Positions 29,057-39,438 of a DNA stretch of 64,000 nt are shown in pieces (the first letter of the stretch is position 1; every line of letters starts with the position of its first letter). The notes beneath the pieces were generated by a model, which did no database searches, was not told where the DNA came from, and saw nothing but the letters and a program-made list of their open reading frames with translations. The position numbers were made by a program, and so were the translations under genes. The DNA is taken from the NCBI GenBank assembly GCA_045105515.1, contig JBGCDR010000040.1:1-64000 (forward strand), given 5' to 3'. The DNA is from Oligoflexales bacterium (GTDB lineage: Bacteria > Bdellovibrionota_B > Oligoflexia > Oligoflexales > Bog-1112).

Positions 29057-31726
29057 ATGAGCACATCGAAGACAACAACTTTTGGCATCCCTTACAAGAC
29101 TTGTAACGAAATTAGAACTGACTTTATTAAATTTTTTGAGCAAAAAGCACATAAATTTATCCCCTCCTCAAATATTGCTCCTTTAGATGACCCCACCCTA
29201 CTATTTACCAATGCGGGAATGAATCAGTTCAAGACACTGTTTTTGGGCGATAATCGTGATGGATTAAAAAGAGCTGTGAACACCCAGAAGTGTTTGCGAG
29301 TGTCTGGAAAGCATAATGACCTGGATGAAGTAGGTAGAGATGGGACTCATCACACTTTTTTTGAAATGTTAGGCAATTGGTCTTTTGGAGATTATTATAA
29401 AAAAGAAGCTATTACCTGGGCATGGGAGCTTTTAACAAAAGTATGGAAGCTACCAAAAGAACGGCTATTCGCTACAATTTATCTCGATGACGACGAGGCT
29501 CATCAGATCTGGAAATCAGAAACTGATATAGATCCAAGAAACATCTTACGCTTTGATAAAGATAATTTTTGGGAAATGGGTACCATTGGACCTTGTGGCC
29601 CATGCTCTGAAATTCACTTCGATATGGGTGACCTGAAAACGCAGGCCCAAACATTCAATGATCCTAAAGAAGGGGTCAATGGTGAAAACCAAAGATACAT
29701 CGAAATTTGGAACCTCGTTTTCATGCAGTTTGAGAGATTAAAGGACTCCTCCCTGCAGGCTTTAAAGGAAACTCATGTTGACACCGGTTCAGGCTTTGAG
29801 CGTATTTGCTCTGTAATCCAGGGAAAAACATCAAACTATGAAACAGATGTTTTTGCACCCATTATTGAAGAAATTGTAGAAAAATCAGGAACACCTTACA
29901 GTCCAGAAGAAAGTGGTGTTGCACATAGGGTCATTGCTGATCATCTTAGGGCTTTGACTTTTACGATCGCAGATGGAGTCACTCCAGGCAATGAGGGTCG
30001 TGGATACGTCATGCGTCGTATTCTAAGAAGAGCTAGCCGCTTCGCTCATAGCCTAGGACACACCAAACCATTTATCTATACCTTAGTTCCAACTTTAATA
30101 GCACATATGGCAGAAGCATTTCCAGAGCTAAAAGCAAGACAAGACTATGTAGCTAGAGTGATCGAATCTGAGGAAGCACGATTTTTAAAAACTTTAGACA
30201 AAGGCCTTGCTCGGATGGACAAGCTACTTTCTGAGCTTAAGAAAAAGAAGAAAAGAATCATTCCCGGGAAAGATGCATTTCTTTTCCACGACACTTATGG
30301 CTTTCCTTTTGACTTAACTTCAGTGATTGCAGAGGAAAACGGTTTTGAAGTCGACCGTGAAGCTTACCTGGCATGTATGGAAGAGCAAAAAGAACGAGCG
30401 AGGAAATCGGCAAAATTTGATGATAGTTTTGGAAGTGATGAAGGTTGGGTTATTTATCAACAATCAAAAGAAACTAAATTCGTAGGCTACGAAAGTTTGC
30501 AAAGCGAATCAAAGACCCTTCGTTACAGAGAAGATGGTGACTCTCTCTATATTCTTCTAGAAACTTCTCCTTTTTATGCAGAAGCTGGAGGACAAGTTGG
30601 AGATATAGGTATTCTCGAAAACTCAGAACTATCCATTCGCATAGAGGACACGTTCAAAGTCCTAGACTATCATGTTCACAAAGGTAGCCTCATAAAAGGA
30701 CTCATTTCTGAAGCCAGTATGAAACAATTTAATGCCAAAGTTGACGAGAGTGCTAGAGAAAAAACAAAGAGAAACCACACAGCGACCCACATCCTCCATT
30801 CAGCTCTACGCATGGTTTTAGGTAAACATGTGGAGCAGCAAGGCTCACATGTGGGGCCCTCTCGTCTTAGATTTGATTTTACGCACCATAGCTCCCTCAG
30901 CAAAGAGCAGCTTGAAGAAGTGGAAGACTGGGTTAATGAAAGGTTGCAAGAAAATGCAGCTGTCACCACTCAGATCATGCCTATCAAGGAAGCTAAGAAT
31001 AAAGGTGCTATGGCTCTGTTTGGTGAAAAATATGGCGAAAATGTTAGAGTTTTAAGTATGGGAGAGTTTAGCATCGAGCTCTGTGGAGGCACTCATGCTA
31101 AAGCCACTGGAGATATTGGCTTACTAAGTATTACCAGCGAATCATCCATTGCTGCAGGGGTTAGGAGAATAGAAGCCATAACAGGAGCCACTGCCTTGGA
31201 GCAGTGCAAACGTGAAAAAGCCATCATTTCTAAATTAAGTAAAGAATTAAAAGCAAAGCCAGAAACCTTGACCGAGCGAGTGTTAAACATGAACACTAAG
31301 CTTAAAGTTTTGGAAAAAGAATTAGCAGGTTTCAAAGCAAAAGAATCACGTAAAAATATCGATGATTTTATTAGTAAACACTCGGAGCAGATTGGTGAAT
31401 TTACCAGTATTGTTGGTAAATTAGACAGCAAGATATTTCCAAAAGAGGGACTTCAGGAATTAACTGACTCACTGGCAGAACGCTTCAAAACACAGCTTGC
31501 TATCCTTAGCCATGTGGATGAAGGTCAATTAGCCATTATTGCAGTAGTTGGTAAGGAAATTTTGCCACGTGTCAAAGCAGGAGAACTCGTCAAAGAGCTG
31601 AGCCAAGTTGCAGGTGGTAGAGGTGGAGGGAGACCAGATAAAGCCCGAGCTGGATCAAAGTTTCCTGAAAAAGAAAACGACGTGCTTCAGACTGCTAAAA
31701 AGCTATTGAAGAAACAATTGGCGTAA
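29057..31726 (+). CDS. alaS: Alanine--tRNA ligase
   Basis: DPTLLFTNAGMNQFK, HHTFFEMLGNWSFGDYYK, editing motifs HTATH...ELCGGTH, and C-terminal GGRGGGRP. Confidence 0.98.
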   Translation: MSTSKTTTFGIPYKTCNEIRTDFIKFFEQKAHKFIPSSNIAPLDDPTLLFTNAGMNQFKTLFLGDNRDGLKRAVNTQKCLRVSGKHNDLDEVGRDGTHHTFFEMLGNWSFGDYYKKEAITWAWELLTKVWKLPKERLFATIYLDDDEAHQIWKSETDIDPRNILRFDKDNFWEMGTIGPCGPCSEIHFDMGDLKTQAQTFNDPKEGVNGENQRYIEIWNLVFMQFERLKDSSLQALKETHVDTGSGFERICSVIQGKTSNYETDVFAPIIEEIVEKSGTPYSPEESGVAHRVIADHLRALTFTIADGVTPGNEGRGYVMRRILRRASRFAHSLGHTKPFIYTLVPTLIAHMAEAFPELKARQDYVARVIESEEARFLKTLDKGLARMDKLLSELKKKKKRIIPGKDAFLFHDTYGFPFDLTSVIAEENGFEVDREAYLACMEEQKERARKSAKFDDSFGSDEGWVIYQQSKETKFVGYESLQSESKTLRYREDGDSLYILLETSPFYAEAGGQVGDIGILENSELSIRIEDTFKVLDYHVHKGSLIKGLISEASMKQFNAKVDESAREKTKRNHTATHILHSALRMVLGKHVEQQGSHVGPSRLRFDFTHHSSLSKEQLEEVEDWVNERLQENAAVTTQIMPIKEAKNKGAMALFGEKYGENVRVLSMGEFSIELCGGTHAKATGDIGLLSITSESSIAAGVRRIEAITGATALEQCKREKAIISKLSKELKAKPETLTERVLNMNTKLKVLEKELAGFKAKESRKNIDDFISKHSEQIGEFTSIVGKLDSKIFPKEGLQELTDSLAERFKTQLAILSHVDEGQLAIIAVVGKEILPRVKAGELVKELSQVAGGRGGGRPDKARAGSKFPEKENDVLQTAKKLLKKQLA

Positions 31727-31739
31727 ATCTGATTTAATT

Positions 31740-33512
31740 TCAATATAATTCTTCAATAACATTTTCATATTTCTTAAGGACCACATTACGCTTGACCTTC
31801 ATGGTTGGGGTCAACTCTCCAGAGGCCTCAGAAAAATTTGTATCCAAAATTTTGAATTGCTTTACAGTTTGAACACGGGCAAATCCTGCATTTATGCGGT
31901 CAAATTCTTTTTTTAGATATTCATTGAATAGCGGGCATTGTGCTATTTGAACCGGATCTTTTGCTTGACTACCAATCTCTACAGAAAAACTACTGGCAGT
32001 CGCTCTGTCTAAGGTTACTAACATGCTCAAATATTTTTTCCGATCTCCAATAACTACCGCATGCTCAACCAGAGGTATGGAGACAAATCTACTTTCAATC
32101 ATCTCGGTTGATATATTTTCTCCACCAGCAGTAATAATTAGGTTTTTCTTTCTTCCATTGATCGTCAAAAAACCCTCGTGATCTATAGACCCAAGATCAC
32201 CACTATGCAACCAGCCTTCACCATCAAGAGTCTCTTTCGTCGCTTCAGAATTGTTTAAATAGCCCATGAAAATATGCTTACCTCTGACCAAAATTTCCTT
32301 ATCTTCCGCTATTTTGATCTCTGTATCTTGAATGGGAAGTCCTGCTTTTCCAATACGGAATTTACCATCAGGCAATGAAATTGTAGCTGGGCCTGAACAT
32401 TCACTCATTCCATAGATTTCATAAATGGGTATATCAAGGCTAAAAAAGAAATTAAGCGTTTCTTGAGAAATAGGAGCAGCTGCCGTTATTTGGAAGCGAC
32501 AGCGGTCAAGCCCAAGTGCTTCTCTCACCTTTTTATAAACTATTTTTTTTGCAATTTTGTATTGAAGGCCAGGTACTTGTTGATATTGGCTACCTTTTGC
32601 CTGTTCAAGTCCTACATTTTTCGCCCAGGTAGCAATCTTTTTCTTAAGCGGACTTGCTTCTGCCCCTTTTTCAACCATCTTAGCTTGGATTTTTTCCCAA
32701 ACTCTAGGAACTCCCAAAAAGACCGTAGGCCTGACTTCTTTAAGATTATCAGGAAGCTTCTCAATGCTTTCTGCAAAACTGACTTGGCATGCTACCACTA
32801 GGGGGCCATGAATAGTTACCATCTGTTCTGCTATGTGGCTTAATGGCAAATAAGAAATAAACACATCAGTCGAACTCAATTTTAAATGGTTTTGAATCAC
32901 ATTGGCAGCGGTCCAACATAAATTTATATGCGATAACATCACTGCTTTAGGATTAGCGGTCGTTCCTGAAGTATAAACTAGAGTAGCTAAATCTTCTGCA
33001 GTCTGATTTGCTATGCGCTCTTCAAGTTTTTTCTTATTGAGATTCCTACCTTTCTCCAAGAAATCACTCCAAGTGTGGACCATAGGGTCATCAGAAGTAC
33101 CATCAAATAAAACAATTCCCTTTAACTCAGTTAAGAGATCTTTGATCCCAAGAATCTTATCCAGCTGGGATTGGTCTTCTAGAAAAATAAACTTTGCTTT
33201 GCAATGATTTAAAATGTACTCACACTGACTTGCCGAACTCGTTGGGTAAATGCCTGCCGGAACACCCCCTGCCATAATGCTGGCCAAATCAGCAATGATC
33301 CACTCAGGTCGGTTTAAACTGAGGATCGTTGTTGCATCCGAAGGTTCAAGCCCATGCTCAAGTAAAGATGCAGCTACTGCCTGAACTTCATCCCAATACT
33401 CTGACCAAGTCCGAGATTCCCATTCGCCATTATTTTTGAAGGAGTAGGCTATATAATTAGGGTATTTACTTACTGTTTTCTGGAATACGCTATTGACTGT
33501 TTCTGACATCAT
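31740..33512 (-). CDS. Long-chain fatty acid--CoA ligase
   Basis: YTSGTTANPK, YLPLSHIAEQ, YGMSE, GWLHSGDLG, GRKKNLIITAGGENI, ELTPTMKVKR. Confidence 0.93.
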   Translation of the reverse strand: MMSETVNSVFQKTVSKYPNYIAYSFKNNGEWESRTWSEYWDEVQAVAASLLEHGLEPSDATTILSLNRPEWIIADLASIMAGGVPAGIYPTSSASQCEYILNHCKAKFIFLEDQSQLDKILGIKDLLTELKGIVLFDGTSDDPMVHTWSDFLEKGRNLNKKKLEERIANQTAEDLATLVYTSGTTANPKAVMLSHINLCWTAANVIQNHLKLSSTDVFISYLPLSHIAEQMVTIHGPLVVACQVSFAESIEKLPDNLKEVRPTVFLGVPRVWEKIQAKMVEKGAEASPLKKKIATWAKNVGLEQAKGSQYQQVPGLQYKIAKKIVYKKVREALGLDRCRFQITAAAPISQETLNFFFSLDIPIYEIYGMSECSGPATISLPDGKFRIGKAGLPIQDTEIKIAEDKEILVRGKHIFMGYLNNSEATKETLDGEGWLHSGDLGSIDHEGFLTINGRKKNLIITAGGENISTEMIESRFVSIPLVEHAVVIGDRKKYLSMLVTLDRATASSFSVEIGSQAKDPVQIAQCPLFNEYLKKEFDRINAGFARVQTVKQFKILDTNFSEASGELTPTMKVKRNVVLKKYENVIEELY

Positions 33513-33920
33513 CTACCTCTATATGTTACCTTCTATTTCATAATTTTCTAATAATACCGATATATCCTATATTATCAATTAATTATAATGGGGTTTATGT
33601 TCGTGTAGTTACGCCCAAGTGCGTTCAATTTTAACCATAAAACACCCAAAAAGAGTTCAAACACCGCGCTAAGTTTCAGGCTTCCATTTCCAAAAATTTT
33701 CTTAGCTTATTTGAACATGGCAAAAATTAGATTAAAAATTCTTGTGAAAGCCCTCCAACTTATGAGAATAGTTCTTGCTACGAAGTCAAACCCGAGCCTA
33801 ACTAAAAAATTTATAAATTTATTGATTGAATAAGAATCACATCGGCACCAGAGCCAATATAATTAGTCAGTAATTTAAACTATTAGCTATCTAAAAATAT
33901 TGATGTTTAAACTTTGATTT

Positions 33921-33947
33921 TAAGATTTATCAACTAAATTCCGATAA
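33921..33947 (+). promoter_or_regulatory. Sigma-28 (FliA)-like promoter TAAG-N15-TCCGATAA
   Basis: About 41 bp upstream of the lipoprotein ATG at 33989. Confidence 0.7.
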
Positions 33948-33988
33948 GATAAATTGTGACTTACAAATGATTATAAACAAAAACATCC

Positions 33989-35455
33989 ATGAAATTTATG
34001 AATTACTATCTACTGATATTAAATATAATGTTATCTGTTAGTTGTGCCGGATCTTCATCCAGCTCCCGGAGTCGATCAAGTGGAGAACAGGTTAGAATTG
34101 ATTCTTTAAATGGTACCGCTGTTCAAACCCGGGACGAACTGATTAAAGAACTTTTGAACCGAGAGTCTGAGTTAAATTATGGAAATTTTGAGCTAGCTAA
34201 GCTGGAACCAATCAACCAGGCTATGTGTGAAAAAACTAACCAAATTAATAAAGAGTGCCTACCATTAAAAGCAATCACATCTAATGCAATGGTGCGATTA
34301 GTGAACTGTGATGGCAATTCTGTCGAACAAGCTTCAAACAGCAAAATTGAGGTGGATATTTACATAGCAGGTTCTGGAAATTTCAAGTTAGCCTTCCATA
34401 GTGCTAACTCAGTCTACGAAAGTATTGCATTGAAAACAGGAACGCAGGATCTAAAATTCTCTAACCTCGTGGATGATCAAGTACTGACACCAAGCTTTGC
34501 TGATATTCAAAGGATGCGCTTTATAGTTGACTCTTTAAGCGCTGACAATGGCGAGACAGCAACTGCAACTATAGACATAATTGTAGATGGCCAATCTATT
34601 TTGAAGGATACCATTCCTGAAATAGTAGTTGGTGAAAGCTATGAAATGAACGTGAAAGATTTATACCAACAATTAATTTCACCTGCCTGCCATCTTTCTA
34701 ATGAGAGCTTAGAGGAATTACTTGCACCTTTTAAGAGTTCTTCAGAAGGTTCAGTTGAAAATGCACCATCAGGAATTAGAAGCGCTGAACAAAATAACTA
34801 CCAAAATGAAAGCACAGCTAATATCCAGCAGAAGATTTCTTTAGTGGAAGATACATTAGCAGAATTAAAACCAAAACTAAGGCTGGCTCGCGACCGTAAT
34901 ACCAACTTGAGGCAGACAATAATGGGTGGAACAGGTGTGGGTTGTCGCCTAAAGCAGAAAATTGAATCACTATCTATATCCATTGATGGAAGTCCAATTA
35001 TTGACCATGTTGACAGTAAGCGTGATGACAAAGTTGAAGGATCTGGAAATGCAAAAGAATTAGAAATTGATCTTGGTGGAGTAAGCTTTTCGTCCACTAC
35101 TGTTTTAGGATCTACTTTTGTCCCTGATGAGGATTTAAGCTCACTGGATATTTCTAGCCTTACCAGAGTATCTTTGCAAAAGGGCGGCACATCCTTTATC
35201 AATACATTGATAAAGTGTAAAGGAGGCTTTTTCGGTAGTCTTAAATTGGACAATGATTGTTATGAAGTTAAAGAAGAATCAGCCATGGAAATAAACAAAA
35301 TTACGCTAGAAGTCAATGGTATTACGCTATTTGAAGAGGGAAACCTTGGATTAAAATTATACCGCGATCAAATGTCATGGAGTTTCGACAATATTCAATT
35401 GCACCCTCAATGGGGTGAAATGCTTCTACGCAATGACTGTGATGCTACAAATTGA
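33989..35455 (+). CDS. Uncharacterised lipoprotein with an apparent internal duplication
   Basis: Lipobox LSVSC, Ser-rich linker and two coiled-coil plus beta-domain modules, each ending in Cys. Confidence 0.8.
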   Translation: MKFMNYYLLILNIMLSVSCAGSSSSSRSRSSGEQVRIDSLNGTAVQTRDELIKELLNRESELNYGNFELAKLEPINQAMCEKTNQINKECLPLKAITSNAMVRLVNCDGNSVEQASNSKIEVDIYIAGSGNFKLAFHSANSVYESIALKTGTQDLKFSNLVDDQVLTPSFADIQRMRFIVDSLSADNGETATATIDIIVDGQSILKDTIPEIVVGESYEMNVKDLYQQLISPACHLSNESLEELLAPFKSSSEGSVENAPSGIRSAEQNNYQNESTANIQQKISLVEDTLAELKPKLRLARDRNTNLRQTIMGGTGVGCRLKQKIESLSISIDGSPIIDHVDSKRDDKVEGSGNAKELEIDLGGVSFSSTTVLGSTFVPDEDLSSLDISSLTRVSLQKGGTSFINTLIKCKGGFFGSLKLDNDCYEVKEESAMEINKITLEVNGITLFEEGNLGLKLYRDQMSWSFDNIQLHPQWGEMLLRNDCDATN

Positions 35456-35630
35456 AGACTCCTCTCCCTAAAAGAAGAGCTTTTACGCTCACCTGGATAA
35501 ATTCAAACATTAAACAGTACGTTTTCCTGACTTAGGGATTTAAGGCGGTACAAAGAGATTAATTGACACCTTCCTAAATCTGGGTTTTAGTAGTATTGCT
35601 ATCGAAAGGTCTTGGAGGAGGGTACAAAGA

Positions 35631-35927
35631 ATGTCTCCGTTTGAAGATCTAGATGATCCATCTAGTAGATACTTATGGCACTATCGCGATGAATACGGGA
35701 GCTTTTGCGAAAAGTATCAAGCTAAAGAGAAACACAAAAGACTAAAACAGTCTATTTTGGAAAACCAAGAGACATATACTCTAGGTACTCCTAAAAGTCC
35801 AAGTATTTTTGAACAATTAACATTCAAGGCAAATCAATCTTCCATAAACAACATGACTGTTTTTAGAAAACTAAGGATCGGTATTAAGTATGTTTCTTGC
35901 TACCTGAACGCTTTGCTTCTACTTTAG
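35631..35927 (+). CDS. Small hypothetical protein
   Basis: Strong GGAGGAGG RBS and TTGACA at 35563. No recognised domain. Confidence 0.5.
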   Translation: MSPFEDLDDPSSRYLWHYRDEYGSFCEKYQAKEKHKRLKQSILENQETYTLGTPKSPSIFEQLTFKANQSSINNMTVFRKLRIGIKYVSCYLNALLLL

Positions 35928-37063
35928 AGTTTCTTTCTCTTAATAAATGTAAGACGTGAAAGAAGATTCAGATCAGGTGGAGAAAAATATAGCTCTTCAG
36001 TAAAATTTGAAGCTAGAGTATGAATCCAATAATCTGCCATGCTAGCAAAGCGTTTAGAAGGCTCATAATTCTCCATTGCCCAAACTTCTATGGTCTGTTG
36101 TTTAAGAATTTTTCTTTGAAAACTCTGTCTAATAAATTGATTGCCCTCTATAGCTTGGCGTGCTTTTCTAAGCTTTTCCAATCGGTGTAAGTATTTAAGT
36201 TGATACACCTCATAGTCAAACAAACTTCGTGGTCTAATTTCTACTTTTTTATAGGCTACTGAAAAGTCAAAGCTCCCTGGAGAGAAAAAAGAATTTACAT
36301 GGAGTTCAATTGAGTTATTTCTATTTTTTAACACAGCTCCGCTAAGAGAAGCAAAGATTCCTAAGCCCCCACCCATTCCAATATAGGTCCCAAAAATTTG
36401 ATCTGCCGACTGATCTGTCAACTTCACAAGCTTGGAACTTATTTTGCGGTAAGGAGCAAAAGTTAATGATAAACCACAAGTAAATCCATTGCTATTTTCG
36501 ATGGGAATCATAAAGGCTGTTTTTTCAAGATCACTGTAACAAAACAAAGTTTGCCCATTTAATTTGTGAAAAAACTGCCCATATACCAAACTAGCTTGAA
36601 TCCCTACTTCCCAGTTCCCCCAAGAGTCGGTAAGCAGGCATTGTGAATAAGGCAAGCTATTTGGGTTATTCCTCCAATATTTTGATTCCTTGAGAGGAAC
36701 CAATTGAAGCCTATCTATAATTTGACGAATTAGAGATGATGGTGCGCGATTAGATAAACCGCTTCCTTCCACAACATTACCCAACTCTTCATACTGACGC
36801 GCAGATAAGTATTCATCTGTACCAGAACTTTGACCAGGACTAGAAGGTGTTTTAAACTCTTCTATTCCCTCTGAATCAGAATCAGAAATACTAACTTGAT
36901 CCCATGCAATCCTTTTAAGCAGGCGATCCACTATATCAAGGGAGTCTCTATCATATTCAGACGAATATTCATCTGATTTAACTAAATCTACAGAGGCAAA
37001 AAGACAAGTTAAGGATACATACCATATCACTGTAAATAAAAAAATATTAGGGAATATATTCAT
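35924..37063 (-). CDS. Hypothetical secreted protein
   Basis: Signal-like N-terminus from MNIFPN behind an AGGAG RBS. Contains a Gly-rich segment GTYIGMGGGLGIFASLSG. Confidence 0.7.
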   Translation of the reverse strand: MNIFPNIFLFTVIWYVSLTCLFASVDLVKSDEYSSEYDRDSLDIVDRLLKRIAWDQVSISDSDSEGIEEFKTPSSPGQSSGTDEYLSARQYEELGNVVEGSGLSNRAPSSLIRQIIDRLQLVPLKESKYWRNNPNSLPYSQCLLTDSWGNWEVGIQASLVYGQFFHKLNGQTLFCYSDLEKTAFMIPIENSNGFTCGLSLTFAPYRKISSKLVKLTDQSADQIFGTYIGMGGGLGIFASLSGAVLKNRNNSIELHVNSFFSPGSFDFSVAYKKVEIRPRSLFDYEVYQLKYLHRLEKLRKARQAIEGNQFIRQSFQRKILKQQTIEVWAMENYEPSKRFASMADYWIHTLASNFTEELYFSPPDLNLLSRLTFIKRKKL

Positions 37064-37451
37064 AGTTTTTCTCCTAAGGCTTTCCATCCTCAAATTTTCT
37101 ATAATGAAAAAAAATTTGAACTTTTGCCATCAGGTAAAACCCACCAAAAATCTCAGAAGCGGTTCTTACTAAATTCATTTCAGGGACTTACTTATACTCA
37201 CTTTCAAACAAAAAACGCTTGATGAAGGCGAATCAAATTAAGCTATGCAGAGCCTAAAGATTGTAAAAATCTTTGTCAAGAGTAATCAAAATCACTCCTC
37301 ATGCATGAAAGTAGTAAAAAATAGATATTAATTTACAGACTTTTACAAGTATCATTGTAGCTCAAAACTTAAGGGATTAACTTAGACCGAGATCTATATT
37401 CAATGATAGGAATTCTTGAGCAAGAATTAAAAATTAATAAGGCCGTTTACC

Positions 37452-38162
37452 ATGAAATATAATTCAATCGTCATCCTCACAGGAGCCGGTATTTCAGCAG
37501 AGTCAGGTATCAATACTTTTCGTGCCAGTGATGGGCTATGGGAAAACCATCCAATTGAGAAAGTAGCAACACCCGAAGGTTTTCGAAAAGATCCCAAGCT
37601 TGTTCATCAGTTTTACAACGAGCGCCGTAATCAGTTGTTAAATCCTGCTATATCCCCAAATGCAGCACACCTAGCGTTGGCGAAACTAGAAAAAGACTAT
37701 CTTGGAAACGTCTGGGTAGTTACACAAAACATAGATAACTTACATGAAAGAGCTGGAAGTAAAAACCTTATTCATATGCATGGAGAAATCCTTAAAATTC
37801 GCTGCAAAAAAAGCGGTCAAATTTACAGCTGCCATGAGCCAATAAGTAACAATGACAACTGTTCTTGCTGTGAGTTGACAGGAACGCTGCGCCCTCATAT
37901 TGTTTGGTTCGGTGAAATGCCTTTCTTTATGGATGAAATCTACCAACATTTAGATCAGGCAAGTATTTTTGTTTCCATTGGCACATCAGGAAATGTTTAT
38001 CCTGCTGCTGGTTTTGTCGAACATGCAAGAGAATCTGGAGCACGATGTATTGAGATCAACCCTCAGCCTACCTACAATCCCAACTTTGATGATTTTCGTC
38101 AGGGTGTCGCAAGCATTGAAGTTCCTAAATTAGTGTCACAGATCATCGAAAAAAAGTTATGA
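37452..38162 (+). CDS. cobB: NAD-dependent protein deacylase (class III sirtuin)
   Basis: GAGISAESGINTFR, FYNERR (YxxR), TQNIDNLHERAG, HMHG, GTSGNVYPAAGF. Confidence 0.95.
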   Translation: MKYNSIVILTGAGISAESGINTFRASDGLWENHPIEKVATPEGFRKDPKLVHQFYNERRNQLLNPAISPNAAHLALAKLEKDYLGNVWVVTQNIDNLHERAGSKNLIHMHGEILKIRCKKSGQIYSCHEPISNNDNCSCCELTGTLRPHIVWFGEMPFFMDEIYQHLDQASIFVSIGTSGNVYPAAGFVEHARESGARCIEINPQPTYNPNFDDFRQGVASIEVPKLVSQIIEKKL

Positions 38163-38164
38163 GC

Positions 38165-39202
38165 TCAGATGAACGAAGAGGGGACTGAACGAACCCCATT
38201 GATAAAAGAAGACACAATTATCTCCCGAACAGAGGCGCCTCTTGACAGGTCACTATAAGGCTTAGCTAGGCCTTGGAGGATTGGGCCATATGCTTGGTAC
38301 CCTCCTAAGCTCTGGCTAATTTTATAGGCAATATTACCAGCTCCCAAGTCTGGGAATACAAAAATATTTGTTCTACCACATACTTTGCTTGATGGTGCTT
38401 TACGCTTACCTATTTCTGCATCAATTGCTGCATCAAATTGCAACTCACCATCACTAGGAATATCGGGAAATTTTGCCTTGAACAAAGACCAAGCTTTGGC
38501 CATTTTCTCTGCGGAAGGATGCTTTGCAGATCCTTTGCTCGAAAAGGAAAGAAATGCAAGATACGGCATCATTTCCTCCCCGTAAAGATGCCTCCAAGTT
38601 TTTACCGATTCGTAAGCAATATCAACAAGCTGTTCAGCTGTTGGCTCAATCACTACTCCGCAATCTGCAAAAATCATAGCTTTAATGTCAGCATTTTCAT
38701 TAGCCAATAAAAAGGAACCGCTTAAGGTTTTAACCCCTTGAGCAAGTCCAACAGTAGGGAGAGCTGCTCTTATTACATCTGCAGTAGTATACAAAGCTCC
38801 TGCAAGCACACTATCTATGTCTCCTTGCCTGAGCAATACCCCTGCCTGAACAAGTCCAGAATTTGATTTTGACTTTAATTTATCATTATCTAATACCTTA
38901 CCCTTGATTTCTGCTCTTTTCTCAAGAAACGACCTGGTTTGGCTTACAATTTCTGGAAAAGCCTTTGGAACAAATTCAATCCTCCTCTTAACTTCTATTT
39001 TTTTTCCATGACCCCAGACAGAAAACTGCCTATCAAACTCATCCTCTTCAAGAAATAAAAGGACACTCTTCATCGCCGCATTTTCAGCAAGATAGCACGC
39101 TCCTTGGAAAACTCTTTGATCTCTGCTTTCCGGAAAAGCTATGGTACTATTTACGGATTTACATAAATTTTCCATTTGTTTTTCTTCACTTGACCACTGC
39201 AT
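38165..39202 (-). CDS. pta: Phosphate acetyltransferase (short PTA_PTB type)
   Basis: FPES.D.RV, FADCGV, LSFSSKGSA, DGELQFDAA, FPDLGAGNIAYK, DLSRG. Confidence 0.9.
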   Translation of the reverse strand: MQWSSEEKQMENLCKSVNSTIAFPESRDQRVFQGACYLAENAAMKSVLLFLEEDEFDRQFSVWGHGKKIEVKRRIEFVPKAFPEIVSQTRSFLEKRAEIKGKVLDNDKLKSKSNSGLVQAGVLLRQGDIDSVLAGALYTTADVIRAALPTVGLAQGVKTLSGSFLLANENADIKAMIFADCGVVIEPTAEQLVDIAYESVKTWRHLYGEEMMPYLAFLSFSSKGSAKHPSAEKMAKAWSLFKAKFPDIPSDGELQFDAAIDAEIGKRKAPSSKVCGRTNIFVFPDLGAGNIAYKISQSLGGYQAYGPILQGLAKPYSDLSRGASVREIIVSSFINGVRSVPSSFI

Positions 39203-39315
39203 AAAAACCCCCTGTCTAGAATCGATAATTGAACAGCAAAGTTAAAACTGACTATTTTTTAAGCAAACCGGGCAAGTCCCTGGCTTACAGGAGCTTGCCC
39301 TCTATCTAGGTAGAG

Positions 39316-39338
39316 TTATCCACAATGCCTGTGGATTG
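39316..39338. promoter_or_regulatory. DnaA box (perfect TTATCCACA) plus an inverted degenerate box
   Basis: TTATCCACA at 39316-39324 and TGTGGATTG at 39330-39338 (2 mismatches), in a divergent intergenic region. Confidence 0.45.
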
Positions 39339-39373
39339 TTCCTTGTTTCGCAACCACAAAAAGGGCTCTTGAT

Positions 39374-39401
39374 TAAGGAAACATAACAAAGCTACCGATA
39401 G
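39374..39401 (+). promoter_or_regulatory. Sigma-28 (FliA)-like promoter TAAG-N16-ACCGATAG
   Basis: About 37 bp upstream of the EAL gene start. Confidence 0.55.
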
Positions 39402-39438
39402 GAGGTTCGAGTGCAAAGGCATAAATCACGAGCTAAAA

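Noticed and set aside
34798..35253. 151-aa antisense ORF, representative of the many short opposite-strand ORFs in the track
   Set aside because: These lie wholly within well-supported genes on the other strand and show no motifs.
39230..39300. c-di-GMP-I riboswitch upstream of the EAL gene
   Set aside because: GCAAA words and a hairpin are present, but the GNRA tetraloop/receptor two-stem consensus is not.
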